This document shows positions 1 to 11,575 of a stretch of 61,389 bases of DNA, in pieces. Each line of letters starts with the position of its first letter. The first letter of the stretch is position 1. Where the stretch lies: positions 1 through 61,389 of the forward strand of contig LT649249.1 in NCBI GenBank assembly GCA_900128395.1, read 5' to 3'. The position numbers and the translations under genes are program-made. The stretch is from Stramenopiles sp. TOSAG23-2. Taxonomy: Eukaryota. Below the pieces are notes generated by a model. That model saw only the letters and a program-made list of their open reading frames with translations. It was not told where the DNA came from and searched no databases.

Positions 1-310
1 TCAAAAATACTACTTTTAGTAAAATTTTTGTCAAAATATGCGCGATGTAATGGTATTGCAGTGTTCTGGTGTTCTTCAGCTTAATATCTGTTACTCAGCA
101 GCTTTTTTTTATTTTTTCGCAAAAAGACAAAACAACAGTTGTTGTTATTCTGTTGTAATTAGTTACTACATATACGTAACTAAATTACTATCGTAACTAT
201 TATTGAAGTCTATATTATGTATCGAAGAATATACGAATCAATCGAAAAGAAATAAAGTATATATCATACATATATAGATACCACAGGAGTGAGACAATAA
301 AAATATTACA

Positions 311-1630
311 ATGGATGAAAAGATACAAAACGCATTGTTAACATCTGATGAAAAATCATATGTAAAACGTATTAAAGAACTGGAGCAAATTGTTGATGCA
401 CAAAAAGTTACTGAACAAATATTAGTAGCTGAACTAAAAAAATTGAAGACTCAAATAAATGCTGTTGGAGGTGCCACAAATAAGGAATTAGAAAAAGAAG
501 TACGACGATTGAATAAAGAGCTTATGGTAGTAGGAAACGGTGCTGTAAATATTCCAAAAAGTACGAACGATGTACAATTTAATGAAGAAGGGTTAATAAT
601 TATGGGTTTAAAAGATGATATTGCAGAATTGCAGCGAAAGTTAAATAAATCAGAACTATTAGTGTCCAAGTTAGTAAAAGATAAAAATTCCAAAATAGAG
701 TTGGAGGTATTTATGAATGAAAAAAATAAATTTGATGAAGAAAAACGACGGTTAAGACGAGATGCATCACTTATGCAATCATCTTTGATTGAATCACGTA
801 GGAGTAAAAATGAACTGCAAATAGAAATGAATCGTCAACGTGACTTTTTTAAAGCACGGGAAGATGCTATTATAAATGGGACAAAAAGCTTAAATAAAAA
901 AGTTAGTGGACAAGAGAAACAAATAGAACAATTGCATAAAGCATTAAAGTCAAGGAAAAAGAAATTTATCGTACGTAAAAGTGACGATGCAGGAACAATT
1001 TTTGTTGATGAAGTGGACAAAGTAATGACAAATACTACAACAGCCAATCCAAGTTCTGTTCATTCAATCCATTCATCTCGTAAAGCAGCATTATCTGATA
1101 TAGAGTTAGTTCTTACAAAATCAAAATTGGAAGAAGCACAAAAGAAATTAAAAGTCTTAGAAGACATGCAAGGACCAATGCAACAAGAAGTACTAAAATT
1201 ACGTGGACATAACCAATCATTATTAGAAAAATTGAACAAAATACGCTCATCGTTTGAAGTGAAGCTCGCACTACAAAAATCTCAAATGCTAAAACAAACG
1301 TTATCTACAAATTTATATAATGCGTCGCATCGTAAAAGAAATACGTTAACACCAGAATCAATAATGACTGTCAGCGTATATGAAAAAAAAGCATTAATAT
1401 CTCGTAAAAATAAATTACGTGCCCATGCAGTAAATAATCAATATAATCACAACCATTCATTGAATATGGAAGAAAAGCAACAACAAGGGAAAGATTTGGA
1501 AGAGAATTTAAGGATTAAAACAGCATTGAATGTGGTACCACCGCGAGTAAGTTACCATGGTGTAAATGGTATGAAAATAGATAAAAATTCGAAATCTTTG
1601 CCATTTTTAAATGTGAGCGGTTATGATTAA
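311..1630 (+). CDS. Hypothetical coiled-coil protein
   Basis: 439-aa ATG-initiated ORF with K/E/L-rich heptad-like composition, flanked by AT-rich non-coding DNA; no family recognised. Confidence 0.75.
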   Translation: MDEKIQNALLTSDEKSYVKRIKELEQIVDAQKVTEQILVAELKKLKTQINAVGGATNKELEKEVRRLNKELMVVGNGAVNIPKSTNDVQFNEEGLIIMGLKDDIAELQRKLNKSELLVSKLVKDKNSKIELEVFMNEKNKFDEEKRRLRRDASLMQSSLIESRRSKNELQIEMNRQRDFFKAREDAIINGTKSLNKKVSGQEKQIEQLHKALKSRKKKFIVRKSDDAGTIFVDEVDKVMTNTTTANPSSVHSIHSSRKAALSDIELVLTKSKLEEAQKKLKVLEDMQGPMQQEVLKLRGHNQSLLEKLNKIRSSFEVKLALQKSQMLKQTLSTNLYNASHRKRNTLTPESIMTVSVYEKKALISRKNKLRAHAVNNQYNHNHSLNMEEKQQQGKDLEENLRIKTALNVVPPRVSYHGVNGMKIDKNSKSLPFLNVSGYD

Positions 1631-1852
1631 AAATAGACGCACTTTTTAAAAAATGAGTGAGAGAGAAGAGTGAGAAAAAGTGATGCGTGTGAAAATAAAT
1701 CACTCTCGCATATTGTATATTCTATTTTATTGTGTGTATAAAAATAGTACGAAGTGTTGGCGAAAATTATATATTTTTTTTAAGAAAAACAAGAGAAGAT
1801 TTTTATTATTTATGTGTACTTGTGTGCGCGGTTACTTTTAACACTGCGGTGT

Positions 1853-2386
1853 TTACAAATATCTTATATGCGGTATCTCAAACTTTCTTTTTGTTATTGC
1901 AGCATTCAACAAACTTTCATTTGCAACACCTGGGACCATAGTAAAAAATCCATCAATTCTCTCTTCCATATTTGGAAAAATATTTTTAAATTTACCTTTT
2001 TGTAATGCAACTTCTGCACATACATACAATATTTTACCAAACATCCATGCATCGAATGTTTTCCTAGAATCTGCTTCATAATTTCTTGCAACAGCTTGAG
2101 AGAAAGTCTCATTATGCATATTTTCACTACGTCGTAAAACCTGCTGTATTTGATCTTCATATTCAGTATGATTGTTTATGGTATCATTTGCAATATAAAT
2201 ATTACCAGTGCTTTGGTGGGTAGAAGTGTTATTATTACTCCTACGATCGACGTTAATACCTGGTTCACGATCACCAACAACTCTCCCATATTCATCAGTC
2301 AGTATTGTACTTCTAGTACGATGTTTTTTTCTCAAGACATTTTTTTGATTTGAAGAATATGTCCCGTAATACGTTCCTCTTCGCAT
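1853..2386 (-). CDS. Hypothetical protein
   Basis: 177-aa ATG ORF with coding-like composition; no motif recognised. Confidence 0.5.
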   Translation of the reverse strand: MRRGTYYGTYSSNQKNVLRKKHRTRSTILTDEYGRVVGDREPGINVDRRSNNNTSTHQSTGNIYIANDTINNHTEYEDQIQQVLRRSENMHNETFSQAVARNYEADSRKTFDAWMFGKILYVCAEVALQKGKFKNIFPNMEERIDGFFTMVPGVANESLLNAAITKRKFEIPHIRYL

Positions 2387-2472
2387 ACATGAAAATCCTA
2401 ATCTATCATTATATTTTTTTTTAATTTTATTTAAAATATATCACGCTACGCGCCTACAGACAGCAGTGATTT

Positions 2473-5454
2473 TTATTCCCTAGATCCAAATTTTTGACCA
2501 CCACCATATCCACCAAAATCATCATCATCATCTGATTCAAAGCCTGCCATTTGAACCGTCTCGTGCCTACCAAGACTACCAACAAACTGTCCACTATGGT
2601 CCAAATCACTGCCCATGCCATCGCCATGTGAATCATCTGATCTAGAATGTTGGAAATTATGTCTTCCTATACCATCATAACTATCATCTTCCTCTTCCAT
2701 TTGTTGCATATCTCTTTCATTGGCCCATCTGAGCCATTCTTGATTGTGCATGGCGTAACGTGTTGCACGTATTTTCCTTCCTAATTCTCCTAAACGTCTT
2801 ACAAAAACTCGTTTTTTCTCTTTCTTCTTCTTCCTCTTTCGTCTTCTTCTACCGCCACCACGTTTTCCTTCATCATCACTACGATCACTGTCTGATTCTT
2901 CCTCACTATCTGATTCACTATCGCTATCACTATCGCTATCCGAGTCAGAATCAGTTGCTTCTTGTTCAATTTCTACCTCCACCCTATCACGATCCATGAC
3001 GATTGTAAGTATCTCATCTGCTACACGGCGTACTTCGGCATTGCGTCTATTGCCAAGACAAGAACATATTGTATCAATGCAATTTGTTTCATATACTAAC
3101 GATTCATATGTATCATCGTAACAAACAATTTGCAAAAATGCCCATAACGTTTGCAATGCAATCTCATCATCGTCAATCTTCGAACGCATGACTTCATGTA
3201 TACTTTTGATGATTGGTGAGCCTACTAATACACGTGCCGCTTCATGCTCCGTCGTGAAAGCACCAATCACTTCAATAATACATAAAACTGTATCATCTTG
3301 TGACATTCCAGGAACTAATTGCCTTTGTAAAAATTCAATCATTTGAAACTTCACTATCAAATCTGCAAATGTTACACCATCTGGTAGATCCGCAACTGTT
3401 AAATTGCCAATGGTTCCCAACACTTCCAATAATAAATCAGCATTTTCAGTTGCTGATTGCTTGCATAATTTAAATAAATCCATTACGTATGGGGCCCATA
3501 ACGATGAGCTACGTTTGGAACGTCGTTTTCCTTTACTTCTTCTCCTACTATTACGATCATCGCGATCTGATCTTTTTCCTTCCCCTCCATTGCCACCGTT
3601 GTCGTTGTTGCTGCTTTCCCCACTATCGCATGCTTTGTCATATGTATGGCGACTGATGTTTCTTAACACTTTCATCAAAAGCACATCGCGATATTTCAAA
3701 ACACGTTGAAATAATTTTTTCAACCCACCTTCCTTTGCCATCATTTCCGCATTTCGTGCATTGTGACTTAAATTAATTGCAAGTGCAATTAATTCAATTG
3801 GTATTTTATTGTTTGGAAAGTTGATCAACAATTGCATGATAATTGGTATTGCCTCCGTGTACGTAAACATGGATTTGCATTTGTCATCCATTGATAGATG
3901 GTATAAAACTTTCAAAGATATTTGACGAAATGGTGCATGTTTTAACAAATCTACCAACTTTGGAACCAATGATTGTTTTACCATTTGATCTCTTAACGCT
4001 GGATCAAATGATAAATTTAACAACAATCGTGATACCGCTTTCATTAAATTTTTGTTACTGCATGGGATGAATTTCACTAGCTTTGGCACGATATCATCTT
4101 CCACCATTCGATTTTTGTTTTCTTCGAAAATACTTAATTTTTTCAAAAAGTTTACACACAAAATTAGCAATTCTGCATTCGTACGTTGTAGCACAGCTGA
4201 TAGATATTGAACACATTTACGTTTCACGATTTTTCGTTCAATTTGAACATCTTCCGCAATATTCATCAATACATGCAAGCAGACAAATAATAATTTATCT
4301 TGTTTTCGAATAAATTGTTTCATTTTGTTCCGTTCGCGTTCGATATCGATACGTTTATGTGGTGCAATATTGCTTTTGTTTTTCGTTCTGTTCCCATCAC
4401 CTTCGTTTTCACCATTATTAGTATCGTCGTCATCTTCCCGCTTACTTTTTCCTTCTCGTCGCCCATCCTCGTTTTCACCACCACGTTGTTTTTTTGAACG
4501 ATCCTTTGATTTCCTTTTCCCTTTCTTCTTTTTGTCCCGGCGATTGCATTCTTGCAACAATTCCCATAAATCTTGCGGAACTTCTTCACCACGATCCTGC
4601 AATGCTGCAATTCGTCCCATCGTTTGTATCTCCTTCATACGCAATGCATGTCTTCTGACTTCTAAATCCAATACACGCATTGTCTCCGCACCTACACGAT
4701 AATTAGTCAACGCACCATGCATTTGCGTGAAATTTGAAAAGCTAAAGAAGATATACATCAAATTGGTGGTTAAGTCCATACTTTTTTTGTAATCTTCTTT
4801 TAACACGCGTGATAAAGCACCCATCAAAGATTCGTTTTGTATTAACGCTTCTAAATTTCCAGCATCCTTGGCAAGGTCCAAAATCATTGCCGTTCCTTTC
4901 ACTTTTACTTTCATATCGTCATCATATAACAATTCCATATAGTCATCAACATTCTCAATATTTGCTTTCGGCCCTTGGTTTTGTTCGTTGTTACTATTAT
5001 TATTATTATTATTATGTTGTCCTACATTATTGTCATTGCTGTTATTATCGTAATCATCGTCACTGCGACGGCGTGATGAACGACTGGAACGAGATTTTCT
5101 AGACCTTCGTCCACCACCACTATTAGCCTCTTCAATTGAACGTTGTTGTAACTTGAATACTAACTCTTGCACTAAAGGCAATTTTGAATGATGTATCAAT
5201 TTACATTGCTCCACAATTTCCTCTGCTAATAAAGGCACATTGGTATTCTCGTTCAACTGTTTCAAACGTATACGTTTCGTATGTGATTTCTTTTCCACTT
5301 GCATAGCTTCCCCACGATCACCTAAAACAGTTGCTTCGACTTCATAATGAACTATTAAAGCACGTAATTCAAAATCTGCTTCAATAATTCCAGCTTTTAC
5401 ACGCCGTTTCATATAACGTGGCTCTACATTATCATCCCCTGCAAATGTTGCCAT
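2473..5454 (-). CDS. KIFAP3: Kinesin-associated protein 3 (kinesin-II accessory subunit, FLA3/KAP)
   Basis: KAP-family ARM-repeat motifs (ALIVHYEVEATVLG, IRKQDKLL, LKKLSIFEENK, LYHLSMDDKCKSMFTYT, HNQEWL); first ATG (MATFAG) at 5454. Confidence 0.92.
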   Translation of the reverse strand: MATFAGDDNVEPRYMKRRVKAGIIEADFELRALIVHYEVEATVLGDRGEAMQVEKKSHTKRIRLKQLNENTNVPLLAEEIVEQCKLIHHSKLPLVQELVFKLQQRSIEEANSGGGRRSRKSRSSRSSRRRSDDDYDNNSNDNNVGQHNNNNNNSNNEQNQGPKANIENVDDYMELLYDDDMKVKVKGTAMILDLAKDAGNLEALIQNESLMGALSRVLKEDYKKSMDLTTNLMYIFFSFSNFTQMHGALTNYRVGAETMRVLDLEVRRHALRMKEIQTMGRIAALQDRGEEVPQDLWELLQECNRRDKKKKGKRKSKDRSKKQRGGENEDGRREGKSKREDDDDTNNGENEGDGNRTKNKSNIAPHKRIDIERERNKMKQFIRKQDKLLFVCLHVLMNIAEDVQIERKIVKRKCVQYLSAVLQRTNAELLILCVNFLKKLSIFEENKNRMVEDDIVPKLVKFIPCSNKNLMKAVSRLLLNLSFDPALRDQMVKQSLVPKLVDLLKHAPFRQISLKVLYHLSMDDKCKSMFTYTEAIPIIMQLLINFPNNKIPIELIALAINLSHNARNAEMMAKEGGLKKLFQRVLKYRDVLLMKVLRNISRHTYDKACDSGESSNNDNGGNGGEGKRSDRDDRNSRRRSKGKRRSKRSSSLWAPYVMDLFKLCKQSATENADLLLEVLGTIGNLTVADLPDGVTFADLIVKFQMIEFLQRQLVPGMSQDDTVLCIIEVIGAFTTEHEAARVLVGSPIIKSIHEVMRSKIDDDEIALQTLWAFLQIVCYDDTYESLVYETNCIDTICSCLGNRRNAEVRRVADEILTIVMDRDRVEVEIEQEATDSDSDSDSDSDSESDSEEESDSDRSDDEGKRGGGRRRRKRKKKKEKKRVFVRRLGELGRKIRATRYAMHNQEWLRWANERDMQQMEEEDDSYDGIGRHNFQHSRSDDSHGDGMGSDLDHSGQFVGSLGRHETVQMAGFESDDDDDFGGYGGGQKFGSRE

Positions 5455-6467
5455 CTTTCTTTTAAACAAACTAAAAAAAACGCTGGTTTGCACAAAAGTA
5501 TGAATATATTGTTGATATATTTATATGTGTGTGTGTTTACTTTTGATTGTTTTTCTAAGTAAAAATTGTTTTCATCCAAAAAATCAATTTTTTTTAAAAA
5601 ATAATAACTGAATTTTGATTTATTATTATTTGTTGATGAGGAGGAGGTGCTTTTCATTATTTGTAGTACAATAATAAATAGCAGAGCTAGCTAACCAAGT
5701 ATACTAGCGGGCTAGTAGCTTCTATAGCTCTTCAAGCTAGAGCTAGGACTAGGAGCTAGCTATCTGTGGATCTGTGTGGTATCTGGTGTTATTCTAGTTA
5801 TAGAGGTGATGTGAGGATGAGAGGAAGAGATTTTTAACGACGTCGGCTAGCCCTAATGCTATCTTCATTGTGGTGAAAAAGAAACTTGTTAAGTATATTT
5901 CAAAGGGGTGGATCAGTACAAGTTACAAGGGAGATACGATAGACGACATTATTATTACAACTCCTATGCACTTTACGGTGTTCGTTTTATTGGATCACAT
6001 CAACCGCACACCATAACCACTCAGCCTTTTTTTAGCAGAGAGAGATAGTATTATCGTAGTATGATATATGGTGTGTCTAATAAACAACTCCAACTTTTGC
6101 TTTTATCACAAAGATCAAGGAGAGGAGGCCAAACAAAACCATTTATGCTGTTTTGTATACTCATAAAAGGATATATCCGTATTGTGGCAATATTAGATGT
6201 AAATTAGAATATAATAATTCACTTACAAATATAAATTGCAAATATAAATAATTTAAACTAAAAATCCTAAAATACAAATTAAAATATTACTGTAAATAAA
6301 TGTGCACTTTGCAAATTTTCGACATCAATAACAGCTTTAGCGATAAAATCCAAAAATAATAATAAGTAGTATATACATAATAGTAATATGGTTTTATAAC
6401 AGTAGTAGTAAGTAGTAGTAAGTCAGATTACCAGATTACCATTATTATTACTAGATACCACCACTCA

Positions 6468-6505
<38 letters not shown>

Positions 6506-6510
6506 TAATA
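6468..6510 (+). repeat. (AAT)n microsatellite
   Basis: Run of aat repeats upstream of the kinase gene. Confidence 0.9.
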
Positions 6511-6682
6511 AGAATGATAAAAATATATATTTAGTGTAGGAATATGTATGTATATACAAAGTATTCCAATATATGTTCTACTACATAGATATTTCTTCAT
6601 TCGATTAGATTGACAGTAAAGCGATTAATTTGTATTTTCTTACTGATAAATATAATCATATCAAAAGGAACGTGTTATAGAT

Positions 6683-9061
6683 ATGGGTTTATGTGCGTCA
6701 ACTCCAGACGATGTATCGTCACCAACAACAAGGAATGTAGAGGTAAAAATTAAAGAAAATGGTGAAAAAATCGCAAAAGTTGCTTTGAAGCAGAAGAAAA
6801 AGATGAAAGGATTGCAAATTCTTGGTGCAAATTTGGATCCTGACTATGAAGTCAAAACCTATCCAAAGAAAGACGCTGAATTCAAGAAAATTGAAAATGC
6901 ATTGATGAGTTGTGCAAATTCATTTATATATAAAGAGTTAGATAAGGCTGAGTTAGCAAAAATTATATTGGCTTTTGAACCTTACGCAGCACAAGCTGGC
7001 GACAAAATTATTGAACAAGGAACTGAGGGTGATTATGCCTATGTAATTGATTCTGGGACAGCGAATGTAATTGTGAACGGTAGAGACGTTGGTTATTGCT
7101 ACCCAGACAATCCAGGTGGCGATAGAGTATTCGGGGATATAGCTTTAATGTTTAATAAGAAAAGAAATGCTTCAATTGAAGCAATGACGAAATGTAAGTT
7201 GTACCGTTTAGCAAGAAACGATTTCCAGTTCACGATAACTCAAAATATGCAAAAAGGCAATCAAAAAATAGAAAATGCTCTCAGAAAAAGTGAATTGTTA
7301 ACTGATTTGTCACCGACGCAAATGGATAAATTAATAGATGTAACAGAAACCATGCCATTTGACAAAGGCCAAGTTATTATTAAAAAAGGTGCAAAGGGAG
7401 ATATGTTTTTCATATTAAGCTCTGGTACAGTTGAATTTAGTGAGTACAATGATAAAGGTGAAACAAATAGTATTACTCCAGACAGTAAACAAAATTATTT
7501 TGGCGAGAAAGCATTGCTAAGTGATGCCCCCCGCGCGGCTACGTGCACTGCAATGACAAATGTGGAATGCCTCGTATTAAATCGTAAAGACTTTCAAGAA
7601 ACATTGGGCGATTTAAAAACTATTATGGAATATAATTTAAAATCACGTATATTGAACTCAAATGAATTGTTTAAAAATTTAGGACGCAAGCAGAGAAAAA
7701 AAATTAAAGACGTATTTAAATCCAAACTGTTCGAAAAGGGGCAAAACATTTGCACGAAAGGTGATAGTGCGAATGAAATTTTTATCATTGGTGATGGTAA
7801 GGTTGATATCAATGTTGACGGTAAAGCAGTCAATACATTATCCCAAGGTGAATTTGTCGGAGAAAGTGCTATCAAATCAAAAGATGAGCAAGGAATACGA
7901 AATGCTACTGTGACTGCAACTTCAGAAACGGTATTGACTTACTACGTATCTAGCAAAGATTGGTTCAATGTTATTGGTAGTTCATTGGATTCGATTATTA
8001 AAAAAGAACAAGAAATACGAGCTGCGGCAAATTCAAAAGCAAGCAAATTCAAAAATTTAAAATTATCCGATTTGCAAGAAATTGCTATGTTGGGATCAGG
8101 TACATTTGGACGTGTAACCCTGGTTTGTATTCGTGGCTCAAAAGAGGAAACCTTTGCGTTGAAAGCAATGCAAAAGGCGCAAATTGTTGAATTTAGACAA
8201 CAGAAGAACGTGCAAAATGAAAGAGATTTGATGGTAGAAGCTGATCATCCATTTATTTTATGTTTGGTGACAACCTTTCAAAGTGATAGGCAAGTCTTTA
8301 TGTTATTAGAGGTATGCCTTGGTGGAGAACTGTTTACATTATTGCATTGCCAAGGACGTGGAAATGTTGGCTTACCAGTATCCGATACCCAATTTTATGG
8401 TTCATGCGTCTTAGATGGTTTATCCTTCTTGCATGAAAAATCGATTTGTTATCGTGATTTGAAACCAGAAAATTTATTGATTGATTCCGATGGCTACATT
8501 AAAATTGTGGATTTTGGTTTTGCAAAGAAAATACATGGTAAATCATTCACGTTATGCGGTACTCCAGAATATTTAGCACCAGAACTTGTATCGAATAAAG
8601 GCCATAACAAAGGTGTAGATTATTGGGCATTAGGGGTACTTATCTTTGAAATGCTGTTTTTATTTTCGCCATTTTGTGTGGACAATGATCCAAACGATCA
8701 TGTTAAAATTCTTAGAAACATTGTTGCTGGGAGATTCCGCATTCCAGGACGTGGTGATAAGGGTGAAAATAGCAAAATTGGAAAAGTAATTCGTTCATTG
8801 TTAACAAAAAAAGTTGGAGAAAGAGCTGGTTGCATGAAGGATGGTGCAACGCAATTGAAACTTGATATGGAAAATTTAATACCAAAGAAAGACTTTAAGT
8901 TCAATGATTTGGTACAACTTAAATATCAAGCACCATGGAAACCAAAGTTGAAAAGTAAGAGTGATCATAGCAATTTCGATCCATATGATGAAGGTGACAC
9001 CGCGCGACCATATGTCGGTACACAATATGAAGACAAAAGTGGATGGGATAAAGATTTTTAA
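6683..9061 (+). CDS. cGMP-dependent protein kinase-like (three cNMP-binding domains plus AGC kinase), putatively N-acylated
   Basis: MGLC N-terminus; cNMP cassettes FGDIALM..RNAS, FGEKALL..PRAAT, VGESA..RNAT; kinase motifs GSGTFG, YRDLKPEN, DFGFAK, CGTPEYLAPE; AGC tail NFDPY. Confidence 0.9.
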   Translation: MGLCASTPDDVSSPTTRNVEVKIKENGEKIAKVALKQKKKMKGLQILGANLDPDYEVKTYPKKDAEFKKIENALMSCANSFIYKELDKAELAKIILAFEPYAAQAGDKIIEQGTEGDYAYVIDSGTANVIVNGRDVGYCYPDNPGGDRVFGDIALMFNKKRNASIEAMTKCKLYRLARNDFQFTITQNMQKGNQKIENALRKSELLTDLSPTQMDKLIDVTETMPFDKGQVIIKKGAKGDMFFILSSGTVEFSEYNDKGETNSITPDSKQNYFGEKALLSDAPRAATCTAMTNVECLVLNRKDFQETLGDLKTIMEYNLKSRILNSNELFKNLGRKQRKKIKDVFKSKLFEKGQNICTKGDSANEIFIIGDGKVDINVDGKAVNTLSQGEFVGESAIKSKDEQGIRNATVTATSETVLTYYVSSKDWFNVIGSSLDSIIKKEQEIRAAANSKASKFKNLKLSDLQEIAMLGSGTFGRVTLVCIRGSKEETFALKAMQKAQIVEFRQQKNVQNERDLMVEADHPFILCLVTTFQSDRQVFMLLEVCLGGELFTLLHCQGRGNVGLPVSDTQFYGSCVLDGLSFLHEKSICYRDLKPENLLIDSDGYIKIVDFGFAKKIHGKSFTLCGTPEYLAPELVSNKGHNKGVDYWALGVLIFEMLFLFSPFCVDNDPNDHVKILRNIVAGRFRIPGRGDKGENSKIGKVIRSLLTKKVGERAGCMKDGATQLKLDMENLIPKKDFKFNDLVQLKYQAPWKPKLKSKSDHSNFDPYDEGDTARPYVGTQYEDKSGWDKDF

Positions 9062-9904
9062 ATATTACATTTGCGTAAAAATGAATAACATATGCAATTT
9101 CAAAAAAATATTTTTGGGATTGAAAGATATATATATATGATATTCGTATTTTACGATATGGTTAATATATAATTATTGGAAAAAAAAATTAAAAATATGT
9201 ACACGCACACAAAGAAAAAATAAGCTCCGTACGATCTCGATATGTATAAAAATATCAAAAAAATAAAAAACGATTATCATATTATAATATTAAATTTTGA
9301 TACATGTGAAATATTAATATAACATTTACGTATCATATGTGATATGTATATATATATATAACTAACAACCCTGGCCCCCGAACATTGCGACATTTCGACT
9401 TGAAAATTGAGAATAAACCTGAAGATGTACATGTGTAACCACGCCGCAGGGAGATTTAATAAATATTTAATAAATTAAAATGTGTGAATTGTTTTTTCTC
9501 TTCTGATGATGATTCGAAAGAAGAATACACGTATGTATTTACTACTGACTACTACACTACCAGGTAATAATAATTGAAACATTAAAATAACGCAACACAC
9601 CTATGAAAACATAAATTACAGCATAGGAATAGCATGAACTGCAAGCTTCAATTATCCTCCTTTGCTAGTTTCATTAAGTACTTACAAATTAAAAAAAAAA
9701 AAAAGCTGATGAAGAGAAAGAAGGAGGAAGAGGTGGTTGTTGTTGTTGTTATTATTTTATATTTTTTTTAGGTAAGGTTAAAGAAAGGGGGGAAATAAAC
9801 TAATGATGTGTGATTTTCTCAACGGGGTGCAAACTAAAAGTAAGACATTTGGCACCACAGCAGATACCTCTTGTGCTGATTGTGGCGTCGTGAATTATTG
9901 CGCG

Positions 9905-11575
9905 ATGAAGTTCCAGCTCAATTTTGCACAAGCCGTAGTGGTCTTGGCCCTTTGCTGTACAGCAAACTGTACGCTCGAAAGGCAGATGGAAGAGCGCTCA
10001 GCAGCTTCGGCTACAGCTATGGGGAGGATGAGGGCAACATTTGTCGCCAAAAACAAAGGTGTCACTGGACTTTTGCAGCGGAAGAAAGAGGCTACCCGCG
10101 GAAATGAGGAAAAGGATTATGAGGATGACCACCAGTCGGGGCATGAAATACCTCAGGAAAAACAAACACAAAGTATCGTCTTTCGCAGAAGTGGAAAAAG
10201 AAGAAACAAAGTGAAAGTCCCAAGATCTGTCCATACGGCTCCGAAGATGCGCCGACGTAATTATAATGCATATTTGAATCGCAGGAGAAGACAACGGGTT
10301 GGAAGGAAACGACTTCGTAGGTTTGTGCCACAGAGAAATAGCCGATTGATTAGAAAGAAAAAATTTCGTCAATATCAATCGCTAAGAAGGAAACGACGTA
10401 GGAAACCTGGATCAAGGAAAAGACGTAGGAAATCTAAATCAAGAAAAAGTATTCGGTTGTTGAAGAGAAAGAAAAAATTTCGTCAATATCAATCGCTAAG
10501 AAGGAAACGACGTGGGAAACGTAAATCAAGGAAAAGTAGAGTTAAGGGTAGCAGCCAGAAGACTGTTGTGTCAAAAGGTTCGCGATCCTATAAGAATTTT
10601 ATGTCAAAAACTCGGGGAAGAATCACCAAGATGGATCCCAAGACCGAATCCGTTGCCGAAAAGGTAGTACCTCATACTTTGACTATTGCATCGCACGCAA
10701 GCCACCAGGCGGCCAAAGTTTTAACCAACTCTGGAAGTTCTGGAAAAGTTACAGAGGTGCTGTCAGTAGGTGGCAAATTTAAAGACCATCAAGTGGCGAC
10801 GAAGACGGTTGGTGGAGTTGGTGAAGTGTTGTGGGAAGGTGGTAAAGCGTGGAAGAACACGGATGGTAACAAAAAGGAAAAAGCGAAAGCTGCTGTTTCT
10901 GCTTCTGCCAAGCATGTAGACAACGCAGCTTTCAAAGTAGGTGCTAATATTTTAGGAACAGCAGCAGGAGTAAAGGTTGCTGGCATGGTAGGCCAAACTG
11001 TGATTCCAGTGCCAGTTGTAGGGTTTGTGGCTGGCGCGGCGGCTGGCTATGTAGGTGGAAAAGTATATGATAAGTTTCTTGATGATAAGGTAAATAGAGT
11101 AGCCAAACGGCATATCGAGCTACAAATTAGAAGCGCGAAGGCAGCAGCCCGCGTGTCAAAGAGAGGCGCGAAGGCAGCAGCCCGATTAGCAAAGAGAGGC
11201 GCACAAGCAGCAAAGAGAAGCGCGCGTAGAGTAGGCCGCGTAGCAAAGAGAGGCGCACAAGCAGCAAAGAGAGGCGCGCGTAGAGTAGGCCGCGTAGCAA
11301 AGAGAGGCGCACAAGCAGCAAAGAGAGGCGCGCGTAGAGTAGGCCGCGTAGCAAAGAGAGGCGCACAAGCAGCAAAGAGAGGCGCGCGTAGAGTAGGCCG
11401 CGTAGCAAAGAGAGGCGCACAAGCAGCAAAGAGAGGCGCGCGTAGAGTAGGCCGCGTAGCAAAGAGAGGCGCACAAGCAGCAAAGAGAGGCGCGCGGAGA
11501 GTAGGCCGGGGGGCGAAGAGGGGCGTGCGTAAAGTAGGCCGGGGGATCATGAAGGTGGTACGTTTTAGAATTTAA
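9905..11575 (+). CDS. Secreted, highly basic glycine-zipper protein with C-terminal 18-aa repeats
   Basis: Signal-peptide-like MKFQLNFAQAVVVLALCCTANC from ATG 9905 (in frame with ORF 9803); R/K-rich block; GxxxG-rich hydrophobic segment; repeats of AKRGAQAAKRGARRVGRV. Confidence 0.75.
   Translation: MKFQLNFAQAVVVLALCCTANCTLERQMEERSAASATAMGRMRATFVAKNKGVTGLLQRKKEATRGNEEKDYEDDHQSGHEIPQEKQTQSIVFRRSGKRRNKVKVPRSVHTAPKMRRRNYNAYLNRRRRQRVGRKRLRRFVPQRNSRLIRKKKFRQYQSLRRKRRRKPGSRKRRRKSKSRKSIRLLKRKKKFRQYQSLRRKRRGKRKSRKSRVKGSSQKTVVSKGSRSYKNFMSKTRGRITKMDPKTESVAEKVVPHTLTIASHASHQAAKVLTNSGSSGKVTEVLSVGGKFKDHQVATKTVGGVGEVLWEGGKAWKNTDGNKKEKAKAAVSASAKHVDNAAFKVGANILGTAAGVKVAGMVGQTVIPVPVVGFVAGAAAGYVGGKVYDKFLDDKVNRVAKRHIELQIRSAKAAARVSKRGAKAAARLAKRGAQAAKRSARRVGRVAKRGAQAAKRGARRVGRVAKRGAQAAKRGARRVGRVAKRGAQAAKRGARRVGRVAKRGAQAAKRGARRVGRVAKRGAQAAKRGARRVGRGAKRGVRKVGRGIMKVVRFRI
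11187..11510 (+). repeat. 54-bp coding minisatellite, about 6 copies
   Basis: Unit tagcaaagagaggcgcacaagcagcaaagagaggcgcgcgtagagtaggccgcg starts at 11187, 11241, 11295, 11349, 11403 and 11457. Confidence 0.95.

Noticed and set aside
11187-11510. CRISPR-like array
   Set aside because: No unique spacers; in-frame coding repeat in a eukaryotic gene
11047-11550. Antisense repeat ORFs over the 54-bp minisatellite
   Set aside because: Shadow frames of the plus-strand coding repeat
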